This document shows positions 1-10,500 of a stretch of 64,000 bases of DNA, piece by piece (the first letter of the stretch is position 1; the number at the start of each line of letters is the position of its first letter). The DNA is taken from contig NW_025963913.1 of the NCBI RefSeq assembly GCF_023055435.1, positions 1,426,001-1,490,000 of the forward strand. Direction: 5' to 3'. Under the pieces are notes generated by a model. That model was not told where the DNA came from. It made no database searches and worked only from the letters and a program-made list of their open reading frames with translations. Source of the DNA: Haliotis rufescens. Taxonomy: Eukaryota. Position numbers and translations under genes: made by a program.

Positions 1-18
1 ACAAACACAATGCCTCGA

Positions 19-123
19 TCATGTGAATCTCCTTCACTCAATTCACTTCCTGGTAGCCTACATATAGACTCCTGATCAGACATTTCATTGTACAGCTGTG
101 AGGTGTTGACATGAGAGGTGAGT
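19..123 (+). promoter_or_regulatory. Putative promoter plus non-coding first exon, copy A distal cassette
   Basis: TCATGTGA 19-26, TCACTTCCTGG 43-53, donor GTGAGT 118-123; homologous to 41148-41228. Confidence 0.55.
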
Positions 124-1419
124 ATCGGCATAGCTCTGTTCACTTCGCTGTAATGTCGTCTGTATATACGAGTGTCAGCTTCTCATGTGATTAACACTTA
201 ATACATGTGCCTCTCATGCTAATTTTTCCCTGCAGTTTTTAATTGTACTCTAAACAACGTCGTTTATTTCTTATGTGAGATATCAACATTATGTACAACC
301 TCTTAAAGGATGTAAGTAAAAAATACACCGTGATAATTACCCGTATTTAAATATGATTACTCCCTCAATAGATTCTGACCTCGGCAATGTCGGACAAGTC
401 CATTGTATGATCGGGGTGGGGTGGGTGGGATGGGTAAAATTGGTCTTTCCCGCATATTCTCACAATTTTCACGTCGATTATCTGCTCCTTTTCTCCCAGT
501 ACCGATTGTTATATCTCCCCACTTTTGGAAGCGATTGTTCGGCCATTGCGTTTATTTACGAAGGCCAGTAACATCTATGGGGAACAACTCACTAGGCACG
601 TCCCTCTAAAAAATAATGTCGTCCAATTTATGACGTCATCAAGTTGTTCGATTCTCCAGAAATGACGACATGATAAAACAATGTTTTATTGTGAAATAAA
701 CCACGCCTCGTCCTTCATTGTTCTTTGCGTAGCTATCTTTTATATCTATCTATTTATATATATATGAGCACACACCGTTGTTAATTGTGTTTTCCTATAC
801 TGTCCTGTCTAACCATGTTATTGCTCTGGATTCATGGACAGCTTTTGTAAACACATGATCAGATTTCAACTGCACTGCACCTCGATCAAGTATCTCTTCA
901 CGGGCTTAAACGGGTAAGTAACTCTGCAAACATAACTGCTCTATACTATGTACATCATCCTGACACATTTTACTTGATGGGGCGGTCGAGTAGCCTGGTG
1001 GTTAAAGATTTCACTCGTCACGCCGAAGAACTGATAATATCAGCTGCTGTAATATTGCTAAAAGTGGCGTAAAACCACTCACTACGTGAAAATACAGTTT
1101 TAACATGTTCGGATAGGATGATAAATAAGTGTGTTTTACGTTTTGTTAATATGTACCAAATCAGCTTTTAAAAATAGACCACATGTTATGATCCTCGTAA
1201 TCTGTCTCATGGTAATACACTGTGGATTGTGCTCGGGCTGGTTTGGCGAGTGAATGTATGTGGGCCAAAATAAAACAGAAAAAAAAGATGTTAGAATCTT
1301 ACAAATGTGCGTTTGAGAAAGTTAAGGAATCAATGAAAAAGTCATATGAGTCCCTGAAACTTACATAACAGTTTGAGAAACAACAAAAACAACAACACCA
1401 ATACTACTAATTATAAACA

Positions 1420-2400
1420 CAGTTTTCGTCAACGAGCCAAGGATGTGGGACATAATCTCAACGTTAGTGTTGATTTACTGCTGAAATGAGTGTCAACCAA
1501 GCAAAGTACCATATCAAATCGGCCCAGACACAAGAGAGGTTGAACGACCAGTCGAGTTTATGTACAGTGTGTTGAGAAGATCAGCAACCCAGCAGAGTCC
1601 TTCGCTTGGATGAGGTCGGCTGGCCTGAAAAGTGAAACAGAAGGCTTTCTGTTTGCTGCTCAGGACCAGTCACTTCCCATTCGAAACCGTCAATGTGTGA
1701 TTTTGCATCAAAATGTAAAAATGAAATGGAGATTATGTAATGAATTTGTCAGTGGATGCCCCGCTTTGGTACAAACACAGTATCTTAAGCGACATGATGG
1801 TGTAACTCGATTATTTTATTACGGTCTTCGCCATGCTTGTGGTTTAGACACAGAGGTCCATCCATGGTACGACCCGGAATATGTAGAGGGAGTCATGGAA
1901 AATGATCAATACAAACTTCTTTGGAAGGCCCGTAGACAGCCTCAGACCTACCCAGGCCAACAAACCTGATCTTGTCCTTTTTGATAAATCCAATGAAATC
2001 ATTTATGTCATCGAATTTTCTGTCGCTTCTGACACTAATGTGATTGACAAGATTCAGGAAAAACAGGGCAAATATGCAGACCTCGCTTTCGAAATGTCAC
2101 GCTTGTATCCCAAGTACCAAGTACCTGACATTGGGTGAGTACCCGGGTTTGCTGCCAGGAGTACAGCCCCTCTATCAATCTGGGTAATGCAGAAGGCTGC
2201 AGTGTTGGGGAGTCTTCACATTCTCCGAAAAGTTCTGAGTGGGCTTGACTAGGCAGCTTTTCCTGGGAGAAGTCGCTGTCTGGGCTGCATGTAGAGGGTG
2301 CAAGGGCCCTGAGCTGATGATTACCCTATCCAGCCTGACTGTGCCATGGTCTCTGCTGCATTTTTAATTTTAATCTGTAAATAATAATCATAATAATAAT
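1420..2400 (+). mobile_element. 3' fragment of an R4/Dong-like non-LTR retrotransposon with a restriction-like endonuclease
   Basis: LKSETEGFLFAAQDQ, SGCPAL..YLKRHD, KPDLV..VIEFSV..KYADL; frameshifted; ends in a (TAA)n tail at 2381-2400. Left boundary approximate. Confidence 0.8.
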
Positions 2401-2818
2401 GAAGAGTCGATTGCCCTATTCCGACCATATCATGAGCATGTGTATGAATCCAAATGGTGATGATACCAGGTGTTCGCGAAAAGGTGGGCGTATCATATAA
2501 TTGTGGAAAACCTTCTCTCGACATACATCCAGTTTAAGAACGGATAAATCTACAGTTCCATCACATTTCTCATGTTGTCTTAGAAACAAAATCATTATAC
2601 ATACGAAATAAGACATGGTGATCGTGATTGGACACATTCAATGCGGAGCAAAAAGCATCGTTTTTCCGTCCATCTTACGCTTTAAAAACTCGACGCTTTT
2701 CCGGACAATTTCTGGCCGCTCAATGATTAATCAGTTTTAATGAATGTTTTGTCGTCTAATGACCATATACGGAAAAAACAACGTTTTCGTGTTTGCAATG
2801 ATAGATGCGTTGTATTCC

Positions 2819-2906
2819 TCACATGATTCACTTCCTGGCTGCTAACACATATGCGCCAGTAGAGACATACAAGAGGCACTGTGAGGTGTTGATGTTGGAG
2901 GTGAGT
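2819..2906 (+). promoter_or_regulatory. Putative promoter plus non-coding first exon, copy A proximal cassette
   Basis: TCACATGA 2819-2826, TCACTTCCTGG 2828-2838, donor GTGAGT 2901-2906; homologous to 43093-43167. Confidence 0.55.
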
Positions 2907-4427
2907 TCTTTCTGTACATGTTGTTATTTAGTCACAAGTTTAATGTGTTAATTTGGTCATACGAGAAAAGGTTACAAAAAGCGATCAGGAGTGTTTGAAC
3001 AATTCCTTCATCTGCTTAAAATATGTATACATCCAGTAGCTACAATGATATGCATAATATTATTTTATTTCAAGATAATGTCAATCTAGAGCATACTAGA
3101 TGAATAAATAACCAAAAGATTATGTAAGTTAAGTGTGGAGTATGGCCACGGCTTTATTCATGAAATTACAGGGGGATGATATTTTGCATAACCCTGCAGG
3201 TTGGGCGAACCAAAATCACTGAATGCCGGCCCGAAGGCAATAGGACAAACAGAAAGCGCGACTCGAGAGGATAAACACATAACGAGTCATCAAAAGGCAA
3301 AATGACTTTGATCCCCCCAGGGTACACCAAAGGAGGTCAACCAGCGTGTCATTAAGCAAGCTAGGCCCTCGCGGGTAGCGCTCATCGAAGGCCTCTGGAA
3401 ATTACTATGCCCAATCCGCAAGTATTACGCCGCGATGTCACACATGGCGTTGGATGAACCTCACCTCGGTGACTGAATGGAGTCCTGCTGCCGTGACTGA
3501 AGCAGAACTGAAATTTGGCTTGGTACCCCTGTGATCATCCACAACAACCTGAAACAGCAAAATTTCTAGGCAGAAATTGTAACTTACTAACCTTCATAAG
3601 GTATATACTTTAATCATGTAGCTCATGACATGTCTGCAATATAAATATAAACTTTTAAGCTATAATAAGGGTGGGTATCGGGAGGGGGAAAAACAGTTTG
3701 CCTGTAATGGCCCCCGAAAGCGAAAGGCAGAGGGGAATTCCTTCACATTAAAGGTTTACTTCAGTTATCTCCCTTTGCCATGCTACTAATGTATAACCTG
3801 AATAATCTCATGGGAGCCGGCCTGTAATGCAAAATTATAGCTTGTAGACCCGAGTAACCTCCCTTAGCCTGCAACATAAATACTATAGTGCACAAATTAA
3901 ATGATGGGTCACCTATCCCAGGATTGCCGAACTATAATAAACCATTTTATCCTGTAAAGATAAAATTAATTATTTCAAGATAATGTCAATCTAGAGCATA
4001 CTAGATGAATAAATAACCAAAAGATTATGTAAGTTAAGTGTGGAGTATGGCCACGGCTTTATTCATGAAATTACAGGGGGATGATATTTTGCATAACCCT
4101 GCAGGTTGGGCGAACCAAAATCACTGAATGCCGGCCCGAAGGCAATAGGACAAACAGAAAGCGCGACTCGAGAGGATAAACACATAACGAGTCATCAAAA
4201 GGCAAAATGACTTTGATCCCCCCAGGGTACACCAAAGGAGGTCAACCAGCGTGTCATTAAGCAAGCTAGGCCCTCGCGGGTAGCGCTCATCGAAGGCCTC
4301 CGGAAATTACTATGCCCAACCCGCAAGTATTACGCCACAGGACTGTGTCTATACACAGACCCTCCAATACTTGGCACAGAAAACAAAAAAAAACAAAAAA
4401 AACAACAACAAAAAAACAAACTTAACA

Positions 4428-5013
4428 TTAATTGCCAGTAAACACCTTTGACCGGTCATCCAGAAGGAAGTACTCCAAAGCCTCCTGGTAGGTATTGACA
4501 AATATGGAAAAGCCCTACATCTGAAAGATGGACACCATCATGCCTGTACATCCCCAAATCCTGCGCCCGAATACCATGCTTTTTGGCTCACCTCCAACCC
4601 TTAGCACTGCACTCATGCCTGCTCTATTCAAGCGCTTCCTGGCTGCCTCCACCGATTTATAATTTGCTGCCCTATGCCCATACTGTCGTGGAAGTAACTC
4701 AGACCATACAAAGACTGTGAAGGGAAGTATCTTAGCAAAATATGTGACATCCTCTGTGACACTGCAAACTAAATTCCTAATAGGGTAGCTTACCAGATAA
4801 TTTGTACCTAAGTGGAGAATCATGACACGTGGAGGAGGTTTCCTTTCAAGCTGGGTAAACAATAGCTGTCTGAGCTCTCTCCAGTGCATTCCTCTCTTGC
4901 CAAACCAACTTAAGGTGAACCCCAATTTATGTAAGCCAAGATGCCTCCCTAATTTCAATCTGAAACTCTGCCGCTGAGCCCAATAGACAATGATGAGCCT
5001 ACAATCCAAACAT
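4428..5013 (-). pseudogene. Element-borne SGNH/GDSL hydrolase, frameshifted
   Basis: Block I VWIVGSS (frameshift just after), block II GKRG, block III LHLGTN, block V DGVH (different frame, after another frameshift); preceded by acceptor ttttttacag. Confidence 0.78.
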
Positions 5014-5186
5014 CTGTAAAAAAGACTTAATTAATGCATGAACAATTTTTCATACAACATACAATATCCAAACACATTGGTAAAGCAGGTAATGACATGA
5101 TTAGAATGAAATGAAGTAATTAGGAAAATAACATAAACATGAATGCATAAAATTGAAAAGTACATGATATATGATCATGATGATTG

Positions 5187-6296
5187 TTATGAAGCTGAAG
5201 CTGAAGCACTTGGGTTCTGATTGGGGTCCTGGCTAGTGTTTACAAATTTGCCAGATTGTGTTTTGGACAAACAGTAAGACGCAGGGTGGGAATTCCCTCC
5301 ACATTTGGAGCAGGTGTGTTTGAACTTGCACTTGTCTCGACTGCAATACCTGTAGTTGTAATCATGGCATGTTGAGTTTGTGTTTGTGTTCTGGACATGA
5401 AATGACTGGCTATCATTTCTGGGGAACGAGCTAAAATTCTGTGACGGAACTTGCATGTATAACATCCAAAGCTCTACATTGATTGACCCCCATGAATTCT
5501 GTGGATTTCGTGCTTGACGCAGTCTGAACTGCTCATCATATGTTCTCCAACCAATCCCAGTATGACGAGATGCCCCCAGACGAATTGTGTTCATGTATTT
5601 GAGCATTCCTTGTATCTGTTCCGGGTGACTTTTGATAAAAATGCTAATATACACTGTGAATGCAGTTGCCCAATCAGTTATGGTTTCAATCACTTTACCT
5701 GAAGCCTTTGGTTTCAGTTCCAAATGACCTTCCGAGTTAAGGAAAATGGCTGATGTACAAGCATAATCTTGTAATTCCCGGTCAGATTTCAGCAGCAATG
5801 CAAGATTGATATATTCACCATTACATATCTTTTGCTTGATACTCGAAGGAACGTTAGCTCCCAAATCATCATCACCACATTGTGTCGTGGGAGGGGTAAA
5901 CTCACTCCCGGCAAACAGTATGGGAGGGAAACATGGGGACTGCGCGTGTGAAGTGACTGACTGTGTTTGTGTACTTAACGGCTGAGTGGGTAAGGAAACC
6001 AATTCCGTAATATTGTTTGTAACTTCTGGATTAAAGGATATGTCAACAAACTCACCCCCAGTCGGTCTTGACCCACTCGCGTTTTCACCTGACGAAGTCT
6101 GGAAAGGCGCTGACCTGCCTGCTTGAACTTGACTGGGTCCACGTGCTGTCGCCAAGTTATCTGGCTGTCCCATCGCTGCTTCGGGCATGCCGGGCGGTGA
6201 CGACTGCGAAGGGGCCTGTTCCTTGCGTTTCTTCTTCGTGGCCGCTCTTGTCCCACGTGTCGGCCGCTTTCTCATTGGCTTCCCTCTCCCTGACAT
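5187..6296 (-). CDS. Ngaro-type Gag-like protein (likely start ATG at 6296)
   Basis: Open ORF with basic N-terminus, IKQKICNGEYINLALLL, WATAFTVY, GWRTYDEQFR and C-terminal zinc fingers CHDYNYRYCSRDKCKFKHTCSKCGGNSHPASYC. Confidence 0.82.
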   Translation of the reverse strand: MSGRGKPMRKRPTRGTRAATKKKRKEQAPSQSSPPGMPEAAMGQPDNLATARGPSQVQAGRSAPFQTSSGENASGSRPTGGEFVDISFNPEVTNNITELVSLPTQPLSTQTQSVTSHAQSPCFPPILFAGSEFTPPTTQCGDDDLGANVPSSIKQKICNGEYINLALLLKSDRELQDYACTSAIFLNSEGHLELKPKASGKVIETITDWATAFTVYISIFIKSHPEQIQGMLKYMNTIRLGASRHTGIGWRTYDEQFRLRQARNPQNSWGSINVELWMLYMQVPSQNFSSFPRNDSQSFHVQNTNTNSTCHDYNYRYCSRDKCKFKHTCSKCGGNSHPASYCLSKTQSGKFVNTSQDPNQNPSASASAS

Positions 6297-6914
6297 GCTG
6301 CGAAACACGAAAATATATGCACGAACACGGAAAAAACAGTTTGCCTGTAATGGCCCCCGAAAGCGAAAGGCAGAGGGGAATTCCTTCACATTAAAGGTTT
6401 ACTTCAGTTATCTCCCTTTGCCATGCTACTAATGTATAACCTGAATAATCTCATGGGAGCCGGCCTGTAATGCAAAATTATAGCTTGTAGACCCGAGTAA
6501 CCTCCCTTAGCCTGCAACATAAATACTATAGTGCACAAATTAAATGATGGGTCACCTATCCCAGGATTGCCGAACTGAAATAAACCATTTTATCCTGTAA
6601 AGATAAAATTAATTAAATCCTATTAAACGTATTTCGAGTTCTCTATCTGTTTTCCATCATCAAACGGATACGTCCTGATATAAAGCAGCGATAAGTATAC
6701 TCACATATTCACTCACTCACCAGCTAAGTGAGGGTTTTTTGTTTAACGCCGCTTTGAAAAATGTTATTGCAGAATATTTTACAGGCTTATATGACCGTAT
6801 GTCAGGTTTATGTGGGAGAAAAGCCCCAACTAATGCAGGTCTTAGACGTTAACCACTTTGGTGATACCAACCGACACATGTGTGGTGCTGACAAACAAAG
6901 AAACATTATCAGAG

Positions 6915-7200
6915 AGGTGAGGTCAGGTGAAATGGGGTTTTACGCCGCGTACAAGATTATTACACTTATAAAGCGACGTGCATGTACGTGTGTGTGTGGC
7001 TGCTTGTACTTGTCCGGACTGATGCCGATTTATAGTACTAGCCCACTGAGATACCATGACGCTGTTTAACATGAATACCCCACTGAGGCACAGTACACTG
7101 ACTCCGAGCCGACTAGTCCTTGTTTTTGCCCCTTAATCCCGAGCGCCAGACAGGGTGACAACAAGTACCATCTTTTTTACGTCTTTTGGTCTCACGCGAC
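6915..7200 (-). mobile_element. MetaSINE-like element (second copy ~31830-32045, + strand)
   Basis: Core AGATGGTACTTGTTG..GGCGCTC..AAGGGGC.AAAACAAGGAC in both copies; absent at the paralogous site ~43500. Confidence 0.6.
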
Positions 7201-7502
7201 CATAGGTTTCTGGCATGCCTAAAGGACGCAACGCTCCTTCCTTTTCATGATAAGATCATTATGATGTATTAGTTCGTTTGGAATAATGTTGCACAATAAA
7301 AACTATTTTGGCCTCGTACCTTTTGATAAAAGCATACAACGACACTCGTCGAGAAAATTGGAATTTTAAAGCTCCTCAATTCTGATACTTTAATCGACGT
7401 GTGCTGGAATATTTGTGATAAAACACATTCTGGTAAGATTCGCTATTTATGTGATCAGTATTAAGCAAGTTTTGTTGTTGTCTTTTCAGTTAGGTATCCG
7501 AC

Positions 7503-10500
7503 ATGGGTTTGGTCTGGATAGGACTGCTTATGGCCTGTGTCACTGTTACACTCACTGGTAGGAACGTTATTCTCAGAATGTGAAATAAGTATAAATATTT
7601 GACTTACCTACAGGTTGGATTCACAAACAGTTCCTTATCCAGAAACTTTGTCTATATGTTCACTGTTGTGTGAATCAGTAATGACCATTATCAATCAAGT
7701 GAAGGTACATTTTTTTCAAACAGATGCTGAATGTCACTGTAACACTACAAGCGCCTGTGCCGTGTTCCCATCTACTCCCTGTAGCCAGGTCGGCAGTCCA
7801 GACGAATGCCAGGAAGGATGGTATGGTTCGTACTGTCAGAAACGTGAGTGTGAGGTCGATGGGTAGATGTAATATCACAAATACAAGTCACCGATCATTG
7901 TGATACTGATCATGTGTTTATATTTTCAGAAAATATTGCGTTGGGAAGAACATGCAATCAGAGCAGTTCATTGAACTATAACGCAACTAACTACGGAGCG
8001 GGACTTGCTGTAGACGGCAGAGCCACCACAGATGCCAGGAGCACGCCACTGACATGTGCCCATACACAGGAAGAGACAGATCCCACCTGGACTGTGAACC
8101 TGAACACATCACGTCCAGAAAAGATACAACACATAAGACTCTATCTACGTGACGACTGTGAGTACATCCACATATGAAGAAGTAAGGGTGATAATATATA
8201 ATTCCAAAATATAATTGTTGAGGAGTAGTTACTGTGAGGATAACTAACGAACTACGAGGAATTACTTTTCACAGGGGAATTAATGTAATAGATCCAAAGT
8301 GAGCGACATTAATTCCCAAGGGAAAGATAAACCGAGTTGTTATATTTATATAATAATATTCCGAATTTCGAGTTGGTTATTCTCTTTCTTACCCATAATC
8401 AAATTTAGTGCCACCGTCTCTAGCTTTTATTCCTAAAACAATCGAAATGTCACACGTGTTAACGTACAGACACAGCGGCTCAGTAGCCAATTTATAGTTT
8501 TCGAATAGTAAACTAGCACTGGGTGGTGCATGGGTGAACGTGGACTATTTATCATCAACCCCAATTAAGTAAGCTGAATGTAGTAATTTGAAATCAGAAT
8601 CCAGACTTTTCGCCGTTCTTGTTCCATGACAGCGCGTTGATTACAAACTCAAAGGAAGAACGAATGGAAAGAAGTTCCGTCGACCAATGGAAAGCCGAGT
8701 TATTTTAGGAAAACTGTAATTCCCAAGAGCATTACAGAATATTTAATACCTTTTATCCAGATTCGTTTATATGTAAGAAAATCAAATAGGTTACTTATAG
8801 GAATTATATATTTTTCATCAAATATTATATTATAACAAGGTATAACTTCAGCAGAAGTTACACATTTGTTTGTTGTTGTTTTTCCCAATAATGATGTAAA
8901 ATACAACAACAAACACAACAGAATGGTAGGATCTATCAAGAGTACACTGCACACTGAGAATAATTACTAATTCCAAAGGCAATATATCTCGTAATACAGA
9001 CAATTAATATAGCTAATGCACATGTTTATAGTTAATATAATGCAGATGCAATGTAATTTAAAAATGAATAAAAATAGTTGCCAAGATAACCACAGTCTTC
9101 AGAAGTGAAATATAGTGAAGTAATTTATATACCATTTCTATTATCTTCCTTCCTTTTAAACATTGAACACGGCCTGGTGGTAATATTCCCAATAATTAGG
9201 TAACATTTTGGCATGGACGTCGTTTCATAGAATTAAATCTTCATATTGTCATCAATAGTCGTTTTAATACCAAGGTAATGTATTCCACTTAGCATCGTTA
9301 CTTCTACAAGTAACATAGATCTTCATTGTTGTAGTATGTTTATCTACATTATACTATGTTTTAAGTCCTATGTTTTCAGTGGGTTGTCCATCTGAATTCA
9401 GAAAACGCCGATAATAGTCATTGCGCTGGTCCCCAAACACGTTGTGTTTTTAATTCGTTTTACGTTACTCAGATTATTAACAGGCATTGAAAAGTGTCTT
9501 AGTCACCGTGAAGTGGGCACCCATAAAGAACATCAGGTGTGCCTTGCAAGGTTTAGTTCTAGGGTCGGGGACAGCAAACAAACAACTGTCAAAATAATTT
9601 CATATAATTTAAAACGCATTCACTGAACCCCATTTAAGAAGCGTGGGACATGACTGATTAAGGGAGCGTGTGTTTGTTGTTTAATTCCACTCAGCAGCAA
9701 TTTAGCTCTATGGTGGCTACTGCAAATAATCAAGTCGTCATTACTATCATCGCAAACAACAATCCACGCATTCGTGGTATGATGCCACGCAATCAACCAA
9801 GTCACAGAGCCTTCCGTTTGGTCGTCTCTTACGACCAGCATAGGTTGCGGGGGACCCATTCTAACCCGGATTCCCCACGAGCGGCCTTCTTGAAATTGTG
9901 AAGTGAAGTGGCTGCTACATTTATGCAAGTACTCACAATGACATTTCTGGCTTCTCCTGAATTGATCGTGTTGCCTCATTAAGTATCAATGGTTGAGTTT
10001 GCAGTTGTTATCCAGATCAGGAAATGGGGTAAAATGGGGCTTAACGATATTCAAGATTATTTCACTTACGTAGCGATGTCCTTGACTTGATCTCTTTTTA
10101 CATTCATTTTGTAAAGTGCAAGAAAGACACAACGGCATGGAGATACTTGTGGGCAGTCAGATGTGCTACAACTGGTCGTCCACTGAACATCCTCCTGCTA
10201 TAGCTATTTTCACCTGCCGTCAGCCACTGACAGGAACCACGGTCACTATACGGATACCTGGTGACAGGAAATTCCTTTCCTTATGTGAGATGCAGATATT
10301 TGGTATGTCTTTGCTATTTGAATTCACGTATTTTGACAATTTGTCATGTGGTATGAACTATAAGCTCTCACTATCCAAAGATGTTTGAGCTGAATTGTTT
10401 TTCATGAATTAGAGCTGAAACTGCTCTTATCGGTGGGTCACCAAACTTGTTGCACGTATCCTTGGAACATACAATCGATACTATAACAACCGTATTAAGT

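Larger units (their letters stand above)
3065..6615 (-). mobile_element. Non-autonomous Ngaro-type (DIRS order) retroelement with split direct repeats
   Basis: Near-identical repeat pairs 3689-3972/6332-6615 and 3065-3431/3970-4336. On the minus strand the order is A1-gag-hydrolase-B1-A2-spacer-B2. No RT/RNase H or tyrosine recombinase ORF is present. Confidence 0.88.

Noticed and set aside
3065-4336. Direct repeats read as LTRs or as an assembly duplication
   Set aside because: Two interleaved repeat pairs with a TTA junction and no TG..CA ends, PBS or TSD fit Ngaro split direct repeats.
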